The notes beneath the pieces are model-generated. The model was not told the origin of the DNA. It searched no databases and saw only the letters and a program-made list of their open reading frames with translations. A program made the translations under genes and the position numbers. A stretch of 63,996 bases of DNA, counting the filler, from Chiloscyllium plagiosum (lineage: Eukaryota), in NCBI RefSeq assembly GCF_004010195.1. It is 5 parts of one record of this genome, joined end to end, with 100 filler letters (N's around TTAATTAATTAA, not from the genome) between each part and the next. Parts side by side here need not be neighbours in the genome. Positions count along the whole stretch, not along the records: positions 39,437 to 50,978 come from NC_057716.1; positions 51,079 to 61,333 come from NC_057716.1; 3 more parts are not named here. The stretch is one strand, 5' to 3'. Shown one piece after another: positions 39,437 through 52,366 of the stretch; position 1 is the stretch's first letter, and each line of letters opens with the position of its first letter.

Positions 39437-39932
39437 CTCTGTCCTAAATGGTCTACCCTGTATTTTTAAGCTGTGTCCTCTGGTTCTGCACTCACCCATC
39501 AGCGGAAACATGTTTCCTGCCTCCAGCGTGTCCAATCCTTTAATAATCTTATATATCTCAATCAGATCGCCTCTCAGTCTTCTAAACTCAAGGGTATACA
39601 AGCTCAGTCGCTTCAGTCTTTCAGTGTGAGGTAATCCCGCCATTCCAGGAATTTACCTCGTGAACCTACGCTGCACTCCGTCAATAGCCAGAATGTCTTT
39701 CCTCAAATTTGGAGACCAGAACTGCACGCAGTACTCCAGGTGTGGTCTCACCAGGGCCCTGTACAGCTGCAGAAGCACCTCTTTGCTTCTATACTCAATT
39801 CCTCTTGTTATGAAGGCCAGCATGCTATTAGCCTTCTTCACTACCTGCTGTACCTGCATGCTGGCCTTCATTGACTGGTGTACAAGAACACCCAGATCTC
39901 TCTGTACTGCCCCTTTATATAAATTGATTCCA
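39437..39932 (-). mobile_element. CR1 LINE fragment (young)
   Basis: KKANSMLAFITRGIEYRSKEVLLQLYRALVRPHLEYCVQFWSP. Confidence 0.92.
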
Positions 39933-40192
39933 TAATCAATTAGTCAGAGGGAAATGAGTTTGGATGGATTACTCTTTGGAGGGTCGGTGTGAACTTGTTG
40001 CGCGGAAGGGCCTGTTTCCACACTGTAGGGAATCTAATCTAAACACAGGCTTCCAGTCACAAAATCACCCCTTGACAACCACTTATCAGACAAATCCAGT
40101 TAATTGAACTGGACACAAAGTGCAGTTATGAAAAATAAGTTTGTGAAGTATTGGATAAGATAGAAAGAAACAGAGAGAAAGCCAAAGCCATG

Positions 40193-40478
40193 AGGGCTGA
40201 ATGTTGGCTCAGTGGTTAGCACTGCTGTCTCACAGTGCCAGGGACCCAGATTCAATTCCAGCTGAGTCTGTGTAGAGTTTGTATATTCGCCCCATGACTG
40301 CGTGGGTTTCCTCCCACAGTCCAAGGATGTGCAGGTTAGGTGAATTGGCTATGCTAAATCACCCGTAGTGTTCAGGGATGTGTAAGTTAGGTGCATTAGT
40401 CAGGGGTAAATATAGGGTAGGGGAATGGGTCTGTGTGGGTTACCCTTCAGAGGGTAGGTGTGGACTTGTTGGGCCAAA
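40193..40478 (+). mobile_element. HE1-type V-SINE
   Basis: Head and body; a separate 3' fragment lies at 39936-40042. Confidence 0.85.
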
Positions 40479-41417
40479 ACTGGCCTGATTCTAAGTTGTT
40501 ATGAACAATGCCAATCGAATGCCTGCAGTGCCATTGCTACCACTGAATGGCTGGCATCTGTTCAGGAGGAGCTGCATCCAGATGGCAGAGGGTTTGAACA
40601 GCTGGCCATGCTTATACATTGCTCAATATGGTGCCAACGAATCGTGGAAGACTGTTTGAAGTCTACCTTTATGTGGCTGATGATTTATCTAAAACAATTG
40701 ACTGCCTTGCAGAATCCTCACGCCTGTTAGTTTGGGATAGAAAGCGGGCAGGGAACATTAATCTGTACGACCTGGGCTGGAAAGGGAGAGAGACTAATGT
40801 GTGGGTTTTAAAAGAAATCCCATCATTGATAATGAGTAAAATGAGTTTCAAAAATGAGATCTAAACAGTGTGATCTTACAATCACACACCCCGTGCAAAT
40901 ACCTGAAAAGTGAACAATGAAGAGAAAAAATAAATCTTGAAAGTGTGTGTTCATTGGGAAATTCCAAGATTATTCATTGCAGATTGAGTTCCAATTATGT
41001 CTGAAGTTTGAGCAAACTTGCAATATGAGAGTCAGAAAGATCGAACACAAACTCATTCTAATAATAATTTGTTTTATCCTGCGCTTTGGGAGCAAAAGCA
41101 GTAATGGATTGGATTCAAAGGACTGTCTTTAGATTAAAATGCAATCACATACAAGTGTCTGTACCACATATAACTGCCACAGTCATGCAACCTCTACTAT
41201 GAGTTACTCGCCCTGTGGGCCGACATCTTAAACTTCACATCAATAATGTCCTTGATTTGAACACATTACTATAGTGTACACTGAAAATAAACCGAGTGAT
41301 AGCAATCTACCCAATAATTGAACTAAAATTTACCTCAAAAATAATTATCAACCATTTATATTGTGTCATTTGCTAAGGCCAGCAAAATATTTTTGAATTT
41401 TGTTATGTAGGAAATAT

Positions 41418-41724
41418 GATTAGATTAGATTACATTACAGTATGGAAACAGGCCCTTCGGCCCAACAAGTCCACACCGACCCGCAACCCACCCATACCCC
41501 TACATTTACCCCTTAACTAACAGTACAGGCAATTTAGCATGGCCAATTCACCTAACCTGCACATTTTTGGACTGTGGGAAGAAACCGGAGCACCTGGAGG
41601 AAACCCACGCAGACACGGGGAGAATGTGCAAACTCCACACAGTCAGTCACCTGAGGCGGGAATTGAACCCTGGTCTCTGGTGCTGTGAGGCAGCAGAGCT
41701 AACCACTGTGCCACCGTGCCGCCC
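41418..41724 (-). mobile_element. HE1-type V-SINE (young)
   Basis: Near-consensus sequence with a (gatta)n tail. Confidence 0.92.
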
Positions 41725-42775
41725 ACATTTGTTATTTTCCTTTGCGTCATGAGAATGGGAAAATGTTGGGACAAATCTCTTGGAAGCCAGGGAAGATGTT
41801 CTTGATCATAATAGATCATATGACAAATGTATAAAATCAAGCAACTGAAGGTTTACTCTTCTGAAGCATTAATGATATAACTGAGGGAGATGCAACAAAT
41901 GGAATCCCAAACCATATGATCTCTTAAAATGGTTCTCAGATTGATAATAAAGAGTTTACGGCATCAAATAGATTACTCCAAGATACCAGTTTACCAACAC
42001 ACACTCAAGCCCAACAGTGAAGTTGACAATGCAATGCAGTCAATGAAAGCATTGAAGAATGATGACGCCAACTAATTTTCACTCCTCAATTTCAAGTGAA
42101 TTCCTCAAGGGAAAAAGACCGTGATCCCAACTCACTGTAAAAGGACGGGAAAAGAAAGACCAGTTCTGAAAAAGAGTAAAGCTGAGTCATGATTGAGAGA
42201 GGAGCAGAACTGACAGCTCAATATTACAGGGTACAGTATCTTCTGGTGAGATAAGGAAGGAGGCAAAAATGGAGAGGGTGTCTCAATCTTGATCAGGGAA
42301 ACTCTTATAGCTGTAAGGAACGATGACATCTCTGGTGTAAACACGCAGAATCCCAGTAGGTTCTTTCTTCTGTTTTGGTTCTGCCATGTGTCTAAGAAAC
42401 CCAAAAGCATCTTTGACCTGTTGACCCTTGAGTGATGGTTGACAATGGCTTATTTCTGAACCCAGACCATCACTGAAGCCAACTTCCCATCCATGGACTA
42501 ATTTACGCTTCTCATTGCCACAGAAAGGCTGCGAACATCATCAAAGACCCCTCCCACCCCAGTAACGCTCTCCTACAACGTCTTCCGTCAGGAGGAAGAT
42601 ACAGAAGCTTGAACACACGCACCAACAGCTTCAAGAACAGTTTCTTCCCTGCCGTTATTAGACTGCTGAATGGACTGTCTAACTTCAAATAATGTCGATC
42701 TTGTTTTGCGCATCTTTGCAGTGTAACCTCGCATGTCTCACTCTATCTAAGTACCCTGTGATCTCTATGTTCTTG

Positions 42776-42897
42776 GAGAAAGTGAGGACTGCATATGCTG
42801 GAGATCAGAGCTTAAAAATGTGTTGCTGGAAAAGTGCAGCAGGTCAGACAGCATCAAAGTAGCAGGAGAATCGACGTTTCGGGCATAAGCCCTTCTT
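42776..42897 (-). mobile_element. PLE pLTR fragment (family 1) truncated within the hammerhead
   Basis: ggagaaagtgaggactgca tail...gacgtttcgggcataagcccttctt, nested in a Rex-type 3' end. Confidence 0.75.
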
Positions 42898-43654
42898 GTT
42901 TGCTATGAGCTGCCTGTACTGCTCACAATACAAAGCTTTTCACTGTGACTGCAATAAATCAATCGAATCAATTCTTCTTGGTGAATGAGCCAAATTCCTT
43001 TAGCTCCTTCTCCAAGGATATTGTGGCCAAAGCTTAAAAGTGTGGAGTGTTCATTGTAAATTATATGTGTATTTTAAACTCTAGTGCACTGTCGATTTAG
43101 CAGTTTTACAGAGAGTTGTTCCTTCTAGACCATATAGGTTTATCCTCGTAGACAGTAATTTCTGTTTCTGCCTCCATTGCCTCTAATTGTGGACCACAGA
43201 GTTTTTACAGCACAGAAAGAGGTCCTTCATCCCATCTATCTGTGCTGGTCATAAACACCCATCTCTTCTCATTCCATTTTCCAGCATTCCCCTAGAGCTT
43301 TGAATGTTATGGTGTTTTAAGTGTTCATCCAAATAGTTCTTAAACGTGTTGACAGTTCCCATCTCTCCCAACTTTTCAGGCAGTGAGATCCAATTTCCCA
43401 CAACTCTCTGGGTGAATTTTTTTCCTCAAATTCTCTTTAAACCTCCAGCTGCTTACTTTAAAACTGTGTCCCCTGGTTGTTGACAGCTAACAAGGGAAAA
43501 GACATTTCCCTATCTATACTTTCTGTGCGCCTCAAACTTTGACACACTTCAATCAAATTTTGTTTAAAGCTGTTTCATTTCTACAGCATCTCAATACAAG
43601 TTGGATTTGGTTATTTTTAAGCTTGTATCGTTGCACTAAAACGATCTGCTTGAG

Positions 43655-45875
43655 ACCATAAATCCACAAGACATAGGATCAGAAATTAGGCCATTCAGCC
43701 CATCGAGTCTGCTCTGCCATTCAATCATGGCTGATAAGATTTTCATCCCCATTGACAATCAAGAACCTATCTATCTCAGTCTTAAATATTCTCAATGACC
43801 TGGACTTCACAGCCTTCTGTAACAATGAATTCCATAGATGCACCACTGTCTGACTGAAGGAGTTTCTCCTTATCTCCGTTCTAAAAGGTCTTCCTTACTC
43901 TCAGGCTATGCCCTTGGGTCGTAGACTATCCAATCAAAACATCTTCCCAAATCCACTCTGTTCAGGCCATCCAGTATTTGGTAAGTTTCAATTAGGTCCC
44001 CATTCGTGCATCTAAACTCCATCGAGTATAGATCCAGAGTCCTCAAACGTTCCTTGTATGTTAAGTGTTTCCATTCTCGTGAACCTCATCTGAATATGCT
44101 CCATGGCTAGTAAACCCTTCCTGAATTATGGGGACCAAAACTAAGCACAGCATTCCAAATGTGGTCTGACCAGAGGCTTATAGTGCCTCAGAAGAACATC
44201 CCTGCATTTATATTCAAGTCATCTCAAGATAAATGCCATCATTGCATTTACCTTCCTAACTTCCTGACTCAATCTGCAAGTTTACCTTGAGAGAATCCTG
44301 GACTAGAACTCCCAAGTCTCTTTGCACTTCAGATTTCTGAATTTTCTCCCCATTTAGAAAACAACCCATGCCTCTATTCTTCCTACCAAAATGCATGACC
44401 TTACACTTTCCCACATTGTACTTCATCTGCCACGTCTTTACCCACTCTCCTAAGCTGTCCAAATCCTTTTTCAGCCTCCCAGCCTCCTCAATACTACCTG
44501 TCCCTCTACCTATCTTTATATCATTGGCAACCTAGCCAGAATGCACTCAGTTCCTTCATCTTGATCGTTAATGTATAAAGTGAGAAGTTGTGGTGCCAAC
44601 ACTGAGCCTTGTGGAACACCACTTGTCACCAGCTGCCATCCTGAGAAGGACCCTTCTATCCTCACTCTCTGCTAACTGCCAGACAGCCAAGCTTCTATCC
44701 ATGCTAGAACCTTGCCTCTGACACCATGGGCCTTTATCTTACTCAGTAGTCTCCTGTACAGCACCTTGTCAAAAGCCTTCTTCAAGTCCAGGTAGATAAC
44801 ATCAATTAGCTCTCCTTGGTCTAACCTGCTCCTGTTACTTCCTCACAGAATTGCAGCACATTTGTCAGACATGATCTCCCCTTGACGAAACTATGCTGGC
44901 TTTGCTCTATTTTACCATACACATCCAAGTATTCAGAAATCTCATCCTTCACAATGGATTCCAGGAACTTACCCTAATGTGGTTAAGCTAATTCGGCTGT
45001 AATTTTCTGTCTTTGCCTTACACCCTTTTTAAAAAGTGGTGTTACATTAGCAATTTTCTAGTTCTCTGGGACCCTCCCTGATTGTAGCAATTCCTGAAAG
45101 ATCACCACTAACGCCGCCACTATCTCTTCAACTATCTCCTGTGGAACTCTGGGGTGTAGTCCATCTGGTCCAGGCGATTTATCCACCTTCAGGCCATTCA
45201 GGTTTTCTAGCATCTTCTCCTTGGTGATGGCCACCATACTCAGCTCTGCTCCTCACTCTCTTGCATTTTGGGGATATTACTTGTGTCTTCCACTGTGAAC
45301 ACTGACACAAAGTAATTATTTAGTTCCTCAGCCATTTCCTAGCTCCCCAACACTATCTATCCAGTGTCATTTTCCAGTGGGCCAATGCCCACTTTTGCCT
45401 CTTTTGCCCTTTATGTATCTAAAAAAACTCTTACCATCTTCCTTTACATTACTGGTGAGCTCACGCTCATAGTTAATCTTCTCTCTTTTTTTTGTTGCCC
45501 TCTGTTGGTCTTTGTAAGGTTCCCAGTCTTCTGGTTTCCCACTGCCCTTTGCCACGTTATGTGCTTTCTCTCTTGCTTTTATGCTATCCCTGACTTCCCT
45601 AGTCAGCTATGGTTGCCTCATCGTCCCTGTACTATGTTTCTTTTTCCTCAGGATGAATCTCTGCTGTGTCTCCTGATTTACTCCCAGAAACTCCTGCCAT
45701 AGCTCTTTCACTGTCTTTCCTGCTAGGCACCTCTCTCAGTCAATTCCACACAGTTCCTCCCTCATGCCTCTGTAGTTGCCTTTATTCAGCAATAATGTCA
45801 TTACCTCTGATTCTATCTTCTCTCTCTCTCAAATTAGAGAATAAATTCAATCATATCTCGATCACTGCCTCCTAA
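43655..45875 (-). mobile_element. Long decayed CR1 LINE (RT to 3' tail)
   Basis: WQMKYNVGKCKVMHFG...DLGVLV; KSFFRYIK; tail near 43660. Confidence 0.88.
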
Positions 45876-46996
45876 GGGGAGTGTACCTTTTATTGCCTTC
45901 AAGTCTTTAGATTTGAGGGTCTGTAAAGACTGTACTATAGTAAAAATTATATGATAGCTTCCAATAAAACTTTAAATTGTGTAAACCTGCAATATTATAT
46001 TGTGTTGTTTCTCTTGCAAGTTTTAAACAATGCAACATAGCAATATTGTACTTCTGTACTGTCTGCTGTAGTTTTCTTACCTGTTTTAGTGTTCAAAATT
46101 GTGGTTGTCATCTTCTGAAGCCAAGAAGGAAATTTTCTTGTTTCTTTCCGAGTAAAATTTACATTTTCCCAATTCTCAAAACATAAAACCCAATACATGT
46201 CCAAATACAATTCAATCTCTCAATAAAGTTCTTTAGCTGCAGCCTGGATAACTCTTCCCACTGAAAGCAGAGTTTATGTTATGAGTTATGCAAGTGCCTA
46301 ACATGATTAAAATTCTTCTCATTTTCTTCTTCTCTTAGTCTCTTCCTTCAAATCTCTTAAAGTTGCTGTTTTATCTGGCACTGCACCCTTAGAATCAAAG
46401 AAGCATTCAGTGCAGAAGAGGCCATTCAGCCCATCCAGTCTGTAATACCAAACATATATCCACATTCCAGCACCAGGCACGTTAAGACACTTTCAGTGCT
46501 CATCCAAGTACCTTTTAAGGGTTATGCTGCTTCCTTCCTTAATTACCCTTTCAGGCAGAGCATTCCAGACTCCCCACATCCTCTGGGTGAAAAGGTTCTT
46601 CCTCAAAAAGTACAAACTAAATTTCGGCCCCTGTTCTGTCTCCTGTTGTGAAACCTAAACCAAAATAGCAGCTGATGCCAATTTCAATAGGTAAGTGCTC
46701 ATTTTCATTTCTTTCTGTATAGCTTTATAATGTTATTGTAAAGTTTATCCCCTTGCCCTCCAGGGCTTGTAATTGGTTCCAGAGCCTCAAGTCCAAACAA
46801 GAGTTTTCATTTAACATAGCAGCGAGGCAGCCAGAAGGTCTAAACTGTGAAGAAGTGGCACCATATATGATTAGAATGGGTTAGTGGCAAAGCATGTGGC
46901 TGGGAAATAATCTCTTCAGCAGAGGTGAGTTCAGGTTCTTCTGGAGGGGACAAACCTGAGGGAACAGTTATCCTAGAGACATACGAGTGAGCATAG

Positions 46997-48695
46997 TGAC
47001 TATAACAGGGTTAGCCAGGTGGACCTCATAGACCATGAGTTCCCTGATTGGGGCTGTTAATCTGGGTTCCATCAGGGAGCCCTGGAGGAACTTATGCTCG
47101 AAACATCAACCATCCTGCCCCTCGGATGCTGCCTGATGGCTGTGCTTTTCCAGCGCCACACCTTTTGATGATAGATATAAACAGAGGTCCTGTTCACTCT
47201 GATAACTGGCTCTGAGGATTGTGGATCAGTGACAACAACTGTCTAAATAAAAGGTGGCTTGGTCAGGGGATACCGCCCTCTGTGAAGTTATTCAGTGGCA
47301 ACGAGAGAAAAACACGTTGCTGAAGAAATTCACTCACAACAGTCATTTTTGAGTTGAGGTAAGCGTTTCTGGCATCAAGTTGTTGGGAGGTTTGATTCGT
47401 CCCATCCTCCCATTGAAGACTGGACCCAGTATGTGGAAAGAATGTGTTATTTTTTTCTGGGCAATTGACATTGGGCAGATGAAAAGTAATGAGTAATTAC
47501 CCTAAAATCTTGTGGACCTGCAACTTTTTTGGTTATTAGGAGCCAAATTTTCCCTAAGGCACGAGGTACTAAGTCTTCTCAGAAGTTGATGAATTTACTT
47601 AAGGAATATTATTTCCCCAAGCCTCCCCTAATGTTGAGATGCTGTCAGTTTTATGCAGCAATTCGAGAAACAGGGGAATCCATAATAGGGTTTTTGACAG
47701 GAGTAAGATGAGGGGCAAAGGCACGTGGGTTAGGGTTAACCCTTAATGAGATGCTGAGAGACTGTTTAGTCTATGGGACTAATGAGATAGCCATGCAAGA
47801 GCACCTATTGCTGAAGCCCAACGGGACTTGAAACAGGAGAAAGTGAGTACTGCAGATGCTGGAGAGTCAGAGTTGAAAAGTGTGGCACTGGTAAAGCACA
47901 GTGGGTCAGGCAGCAACCAAGGAGCAGGAGAATCAACGTTTCATCAGGAATATGGGGTGGGGGGGAAATGGGGGCTGAGAGATAAATAGGAAGGTGGGGT
48001 GGGACTGGAGGGAAGGTAGTTGGAATGGCGATAGGTGGATGCAAGTGCAGGGTAATTGTGAAGATTACAAGAGGACCGTGTCTCATCCCAGATCCAACCC
48101 TCCAATTCAGCACCCCTTCCTTGAACTATCCTACCTGTCCATCTTCCTTTCCACCTATCCGCTCCACCCTCTTTAATTTATCTTTGAGCCCCCCCTCCCT
48201 ACCACCCAGCACCCCCATATTGCTGAGGAATGGCTTATGCCTGAAATGTCAATTCTCCTGCTCCTCGGATGCTGCCTGACTTGCTGTGCTTTTCCAGCTC
48301 CACACGTTTCAACTTGGACTTCAAACAGGCACTGTGACTGGCACATGAGTTGCACGGTATTCTGATGGGAGCAGAAGCCTTGCCAGTCTGACTGAGTTTA
48401 AGGAACACCACTACTTGGGCTACAGAATCAACAAGACTGGGTTACACTCATTGGAAGGTAACGTGAGGGCAATCAAGAATGCCCCAGCTCCCTCGACTGT
48501 GCTGGAGCTTAGGCCCGGTCATTGAGCTGCTGAACTATAATGGAAAGTTCATACCTAACCCGGTCTCCATTCTGGCACCTTTGCATCAACTTTAAAACAA
48601 AGATCAACCTCGGAAATGGTTGCATAGCCACGCTCAGGGAAGTGAAAAAACAGCTCTCATCCTCTGGGGTATTGAGGCCCTACAATCTCACAGAG
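46997..48695 (+). mobile_element. Gypsy LTR retrotransposon remnant (5' LTR to about 47294, PBS, gag, pol pieces)
   Basis: LTR-like segment with TATAAA and AATAAA ends ttca, then PBS-like tggcaacgag. Gag EDWTQYVERM...YYFPKPP...GESI...EMLRD; pol VRAIKNAPAP...GKFIPN...LAPLHQLL. Confidence 0.75.
47838..48315. mobile_element. Older fold-back PLE derivative (family 1) nested in Gypsy gag
   Basis: Inverted pLTR arms; TSD ggact(t)[g/c]aaacagg (47824-47837 / 48316-48329). Confidence 0.78.
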
Positions 48696-50084
48696 GATGG
48701 TAAGAGTATGGAACAAGCTGCCAGAGGAAGTGGTAGAGGTGGTTTTAATTACAATAATTAAAAGACATTTGGACAGGTTCAGAGGGATATGAACCAAACT
48801 CAGGAAAATGGGACTAGCTTAGTTTGGGAAACCTGATCAGCATGGACAAGTCGGGCTGAAGGACCTGTTTCCATGCTGTATGACTCTATAACTGAAATGG
48901 AACAATAATGGAGGGATGTGGTTGTAAATTAGTCCCAATAAGAACTAGGAAGAAATTAAACTAGCAGTCAGAGATCGCAGGATTTAAATCAGGAGCACCA
49001 CAGTGATCTAGGTCACTTTGGAAAAATATAAGAGAGGGAAAAATATTGAGGTATGAGTCTCATCTCTCCGTGTGCTGTGCTCTTTGTCTGTCAGTCTGTT
49101 AGAGTCAGTCATTAACCTTCTGTGGCTGTCAGTTTAAATTCTGTTGAGTGCTTAATGTGTGCGAAACATCTCAGCACAAAAGTGTTGAAAAATTGGTCGT
49201 AGAATAATTCATGAAAAAAAATGCATGTTCTGTTGTTCAAAAGCAATTGTTTCAGCTCAATGGGAACTGAATTTCTTGTAGGATTCCTTTGGGACTGAGC
49301 TCATAAAACCCAGTGTTCAAGAGGTAGAAAAGTGCAAGTTCCTTCAAAGAAGAGTTGAAGATTCTTTTTCCCTCCTTGTATGTGTAAAAGTTAGCAGTTG
49401 GAAAAATTTTTCTTTGAAGCAAAAATGTTGCTAAATTGAATGAGTGGTGCCGAGATTGTGTGTAAGTGCAAGGAAGCTTCAAGCACTGATATATGGTTGT
49501 GATTAAGCACACCTAAGGCAGTTTAAAGATGTGGAAGATTAAGTCGCTGATCTGCTAGACTTTTTGTGGAATATCACATCTTTTTATTTGGGCTAAATAG
49601 GCGAAGCTTCTACTCGGAAATAAATGTAATACATTTCAGGAGTTTCGAGAAGCGATAACAAACAATGAAACATGTTGCAAGGGTAATAAAGTAAATTGTT
49701 AAAAGAACAAGCCCTGAAATTAAGTGTACTGGCTAGAAGCATGATTCTAAGAGATCTGAAGAAGCATGTGGGAATTTTTAATTTGGATACACACATTTTC
49801 AGAATGTTTTCTCTTTTAATGTTTGATTGTGGGAATTGGGATGTTTGGAGTGATTATGAATAATTCTGAGTTGAAATGACCTTGGGTTAGAAACTTGCAA
49901 GGATGAAATATTTGAGGGTTTTGTCCCTGATACAATGTGTAGGCTGTTATTCCTACTTTTCTGGTCTGTCAGCTATGTGCTGGATATCAAATTTTCCAAG
50001 GCATTCCCAGCAACAGGATATAACCAATTGTTCTTCATTGAAGTAAAATGCACGATAAGGTAATGCAAAAGTCATAACACAGGG

Positions 50085-50765
50085 AGAGGCTGGGAATTTT
50101 TCCCTGGAGTGTAGGAGGTTGAGGAATGATCTCATAGCGGTTTAGAAAATCATGAGAGGCATAGATAAGGTGAAAGCCAAGGGTAGGGGAGTCCAAAATT
50201 CATCAGCATCAGTTTAAAATGAGAGGAGAAAGATTTAAAAGGACCTGAGAGGCAACTTTTTCACGCAGAGGGTGGTGCATATATGGAATGAACTGCTGGA
50301 GGAAGTGGTAGAGGCCGGTACAATTACAACATTTAAAAGACATTTGGACAGATACATGGATTGGAAAAATCACACAACACCAGGTTATAGAACAACAGGC
50401 TTATTTGGAAGCACTGACTTTCGGAGCACTGCTCCTTCATCAAGTGATTGTGATCCTGATGTGCACCTGATGAAGGAGCAGTGGTCCAAAAGCTAGTGCT
50501 TCCAAATAAACTTGTTGTTCTATAAACTGGTGTTGTGTGATTTTTAACCATGGATAGGAAAGGTTTAGAGGGATATGGGCCAAATAAGACCAGTTTTACC
50601 ATGGGTAAAAACTATTGGCTATCTACCTTACCTATGCCTCTCATGATTTTATAGACATCCACAAAATTAGAGTGGTATCTCTAAATTGGCATGATTAACC
50701 TGGTTGGCAAGGATGATTTGGATTGTAGGGTCTGTTTCCATGCTGTATGACTCTATGACTATGAC
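50085..50765 (+). mobile_element. CR1 LINE 3' fragment with two nested insertions
   Basis: WNELLEEVVEAGTITTFKRHLDRYMD; (ctatga)n tail. Confidence 0.85.
50365..50547. mobile_element. Fold-back mini-element of hammerhead family 2
   Basis: aaaaatcacacaacaccagg...cttcatcaagtg / cacctgatgaaggagc...ctggtgttgtgtgattttt; TSD catggat[t/a]gg (50355-50364 / 50549-50558). Confidence 0.82.
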
Positions 50766-50802
50766 ACATCAAACTGACCCAACAATGCTTACCAATTCAA
50801 AT

Positions 50803-51353
50803 GCTGAAAATGTGTTGCTGGAAAAGCGTAGCAGGTCAGGCAGCATCCAAGGAGCAGGAGAATCGACGTTTCGGGCATAAGCCCTTCTTCAGGAATGAGG
50901 AAAGTGTGTCCAGCAGGCTAAGATAAAAGGTAGGGAGGAGGGACTTGGGGGAGGGGCGTTGGAAATGCGATAGGTGGANNNNNNNNNNNNNNNNNNNNNN
51001 NNNNNNNNNNNNNNNNNNNNNNTTAATTAATTAANNNNNNNNNNNNNNNNNNNNNNNNNNNNNNNNNNNNNNNNNNNNAATCTTCTTCCTGACCTCTCCG
51101 CCCCCACCCCATTCCGGCCTATCACCCTCACCTTGACCTCCTTCCACCTATCGCATTTCCAACGCCCCTCCCCCAAGTCCCTCCTCCCTACCTTTTATCT
51201 TAGCCTGCTGGACACACTTTCCTCATTCCTGAAGAAGGGCTTATGCCCGAAACGTCGATTCTCCTGCTCCTTGGATGCTGCCTGACCTGCTACGCTTTTC
51301 CAGCAACACATTTTCAGCTCTGATCTCCAGCATCTGCAGTCCTCACTTTCTCC
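50803..51353. mobile_element. Young fold-back PLE (family 1) spanning an assembly gap, intact hammerhead cores on both strands
   Basis: About 175-bp inverted arms that appear identical; cores at 50865-50892 (minus) and 51229-51256 (plus); TSD cttac[c/a]aattcaaatg (50788-50803 / 51353-51368). Confidence 0.88.
50979..51078. other. Assembly gap with TTAATTAATTAA linker
   Basis: Same 100-nt pattern. Confidence 0.97.
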
Positions 51354-51999
51354 TTACAAATTCAAATGGTCTGGTTTAAATGGACTTGTTCAAGGATCAG
51401 ACTGAAACAGGGGATCATCCCACTCTATCTCAACCTCCAGTCACTGATAAGATACCTCCTCTTCCTGCGTTGCTAACTATTGCTCAGAGGCATGCTTTCT
51501 CTTGTATGTCTTTTCCATGTGAGTGGTCTATGTGGTCGAACCTTGACACAATCAAGTTTTCAATGATTGAGGTTTGACCACTTGCAAACATCAGCAGTGT
51601 ACGATTTACAGTTAAGCTTCCACTCATTATGACAAATGTTAGTCTTCTCTGCAAAGAAGCTTATCTCTCAGTTTGAATGAACCTTGACCTCGGGCCAATT
51701 TGCTGAAGCTGCTCAAAAAAAGGTATCCCTTGCAGGTTTTGTGTCATCCCATCAAATATATGTCTTTTACACAGCACACCACTGTGGTGACAAAAGGTAA
51801 CCCATCCCCTCTCGTTCACTGCATTTGTTTTAAATCAGAATTGCATCCAGATGGACAGCATCATCAGCTTAGTTCACCTACAGACTTATCCCTTCAGAAA
51901 GCACAGAAAGCATTTAATTTTCATTATAGCAAATCTCACATCTCTTTTTATAATTTTGGATAATCATGCCAATTTAGAGATACCACTCTAATTTTGTAG

Positions 52000-52366
52000 G
52001 TCTATAAAATCATGAGAGGCATAGGTAAGGTAGATAGCCAATAGTTTTTACTCATGGCTGGGGAGTCCAAAACTAGAAGGCATAGGTTTAAGGTGGAGGG
52101 GAGAGATATAAAGGGTTCAGAAAAGGAATTTTTTCACACAGATGATGGTGAGTGTCAGGAGCGGAACTGCCAGAGGTAGTGGTGGAGGTGACCACAATTT
52201 TGTCATTTAAGAAACAATTAGACAGGCACATGGATGGGATAGTTATGGAGGGATATGGATCAAATGCAGGCAAATGGGACTAGTTTAATTGTGAAAACTG
52301 GACGACTTGGGCACATTGGGCCGAAGGGCCTGTTTCCATTCTGTAAACCTCAGTGACTCTGTGATT
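52000..52366 (+). mobile_element. CR1 LINE 3' end
   Basis: tataaaatcatgagaggcatag...gggccgaagggcctgtttcc. Another 3' end lies at 52700-52892. Confidence 0.85.
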
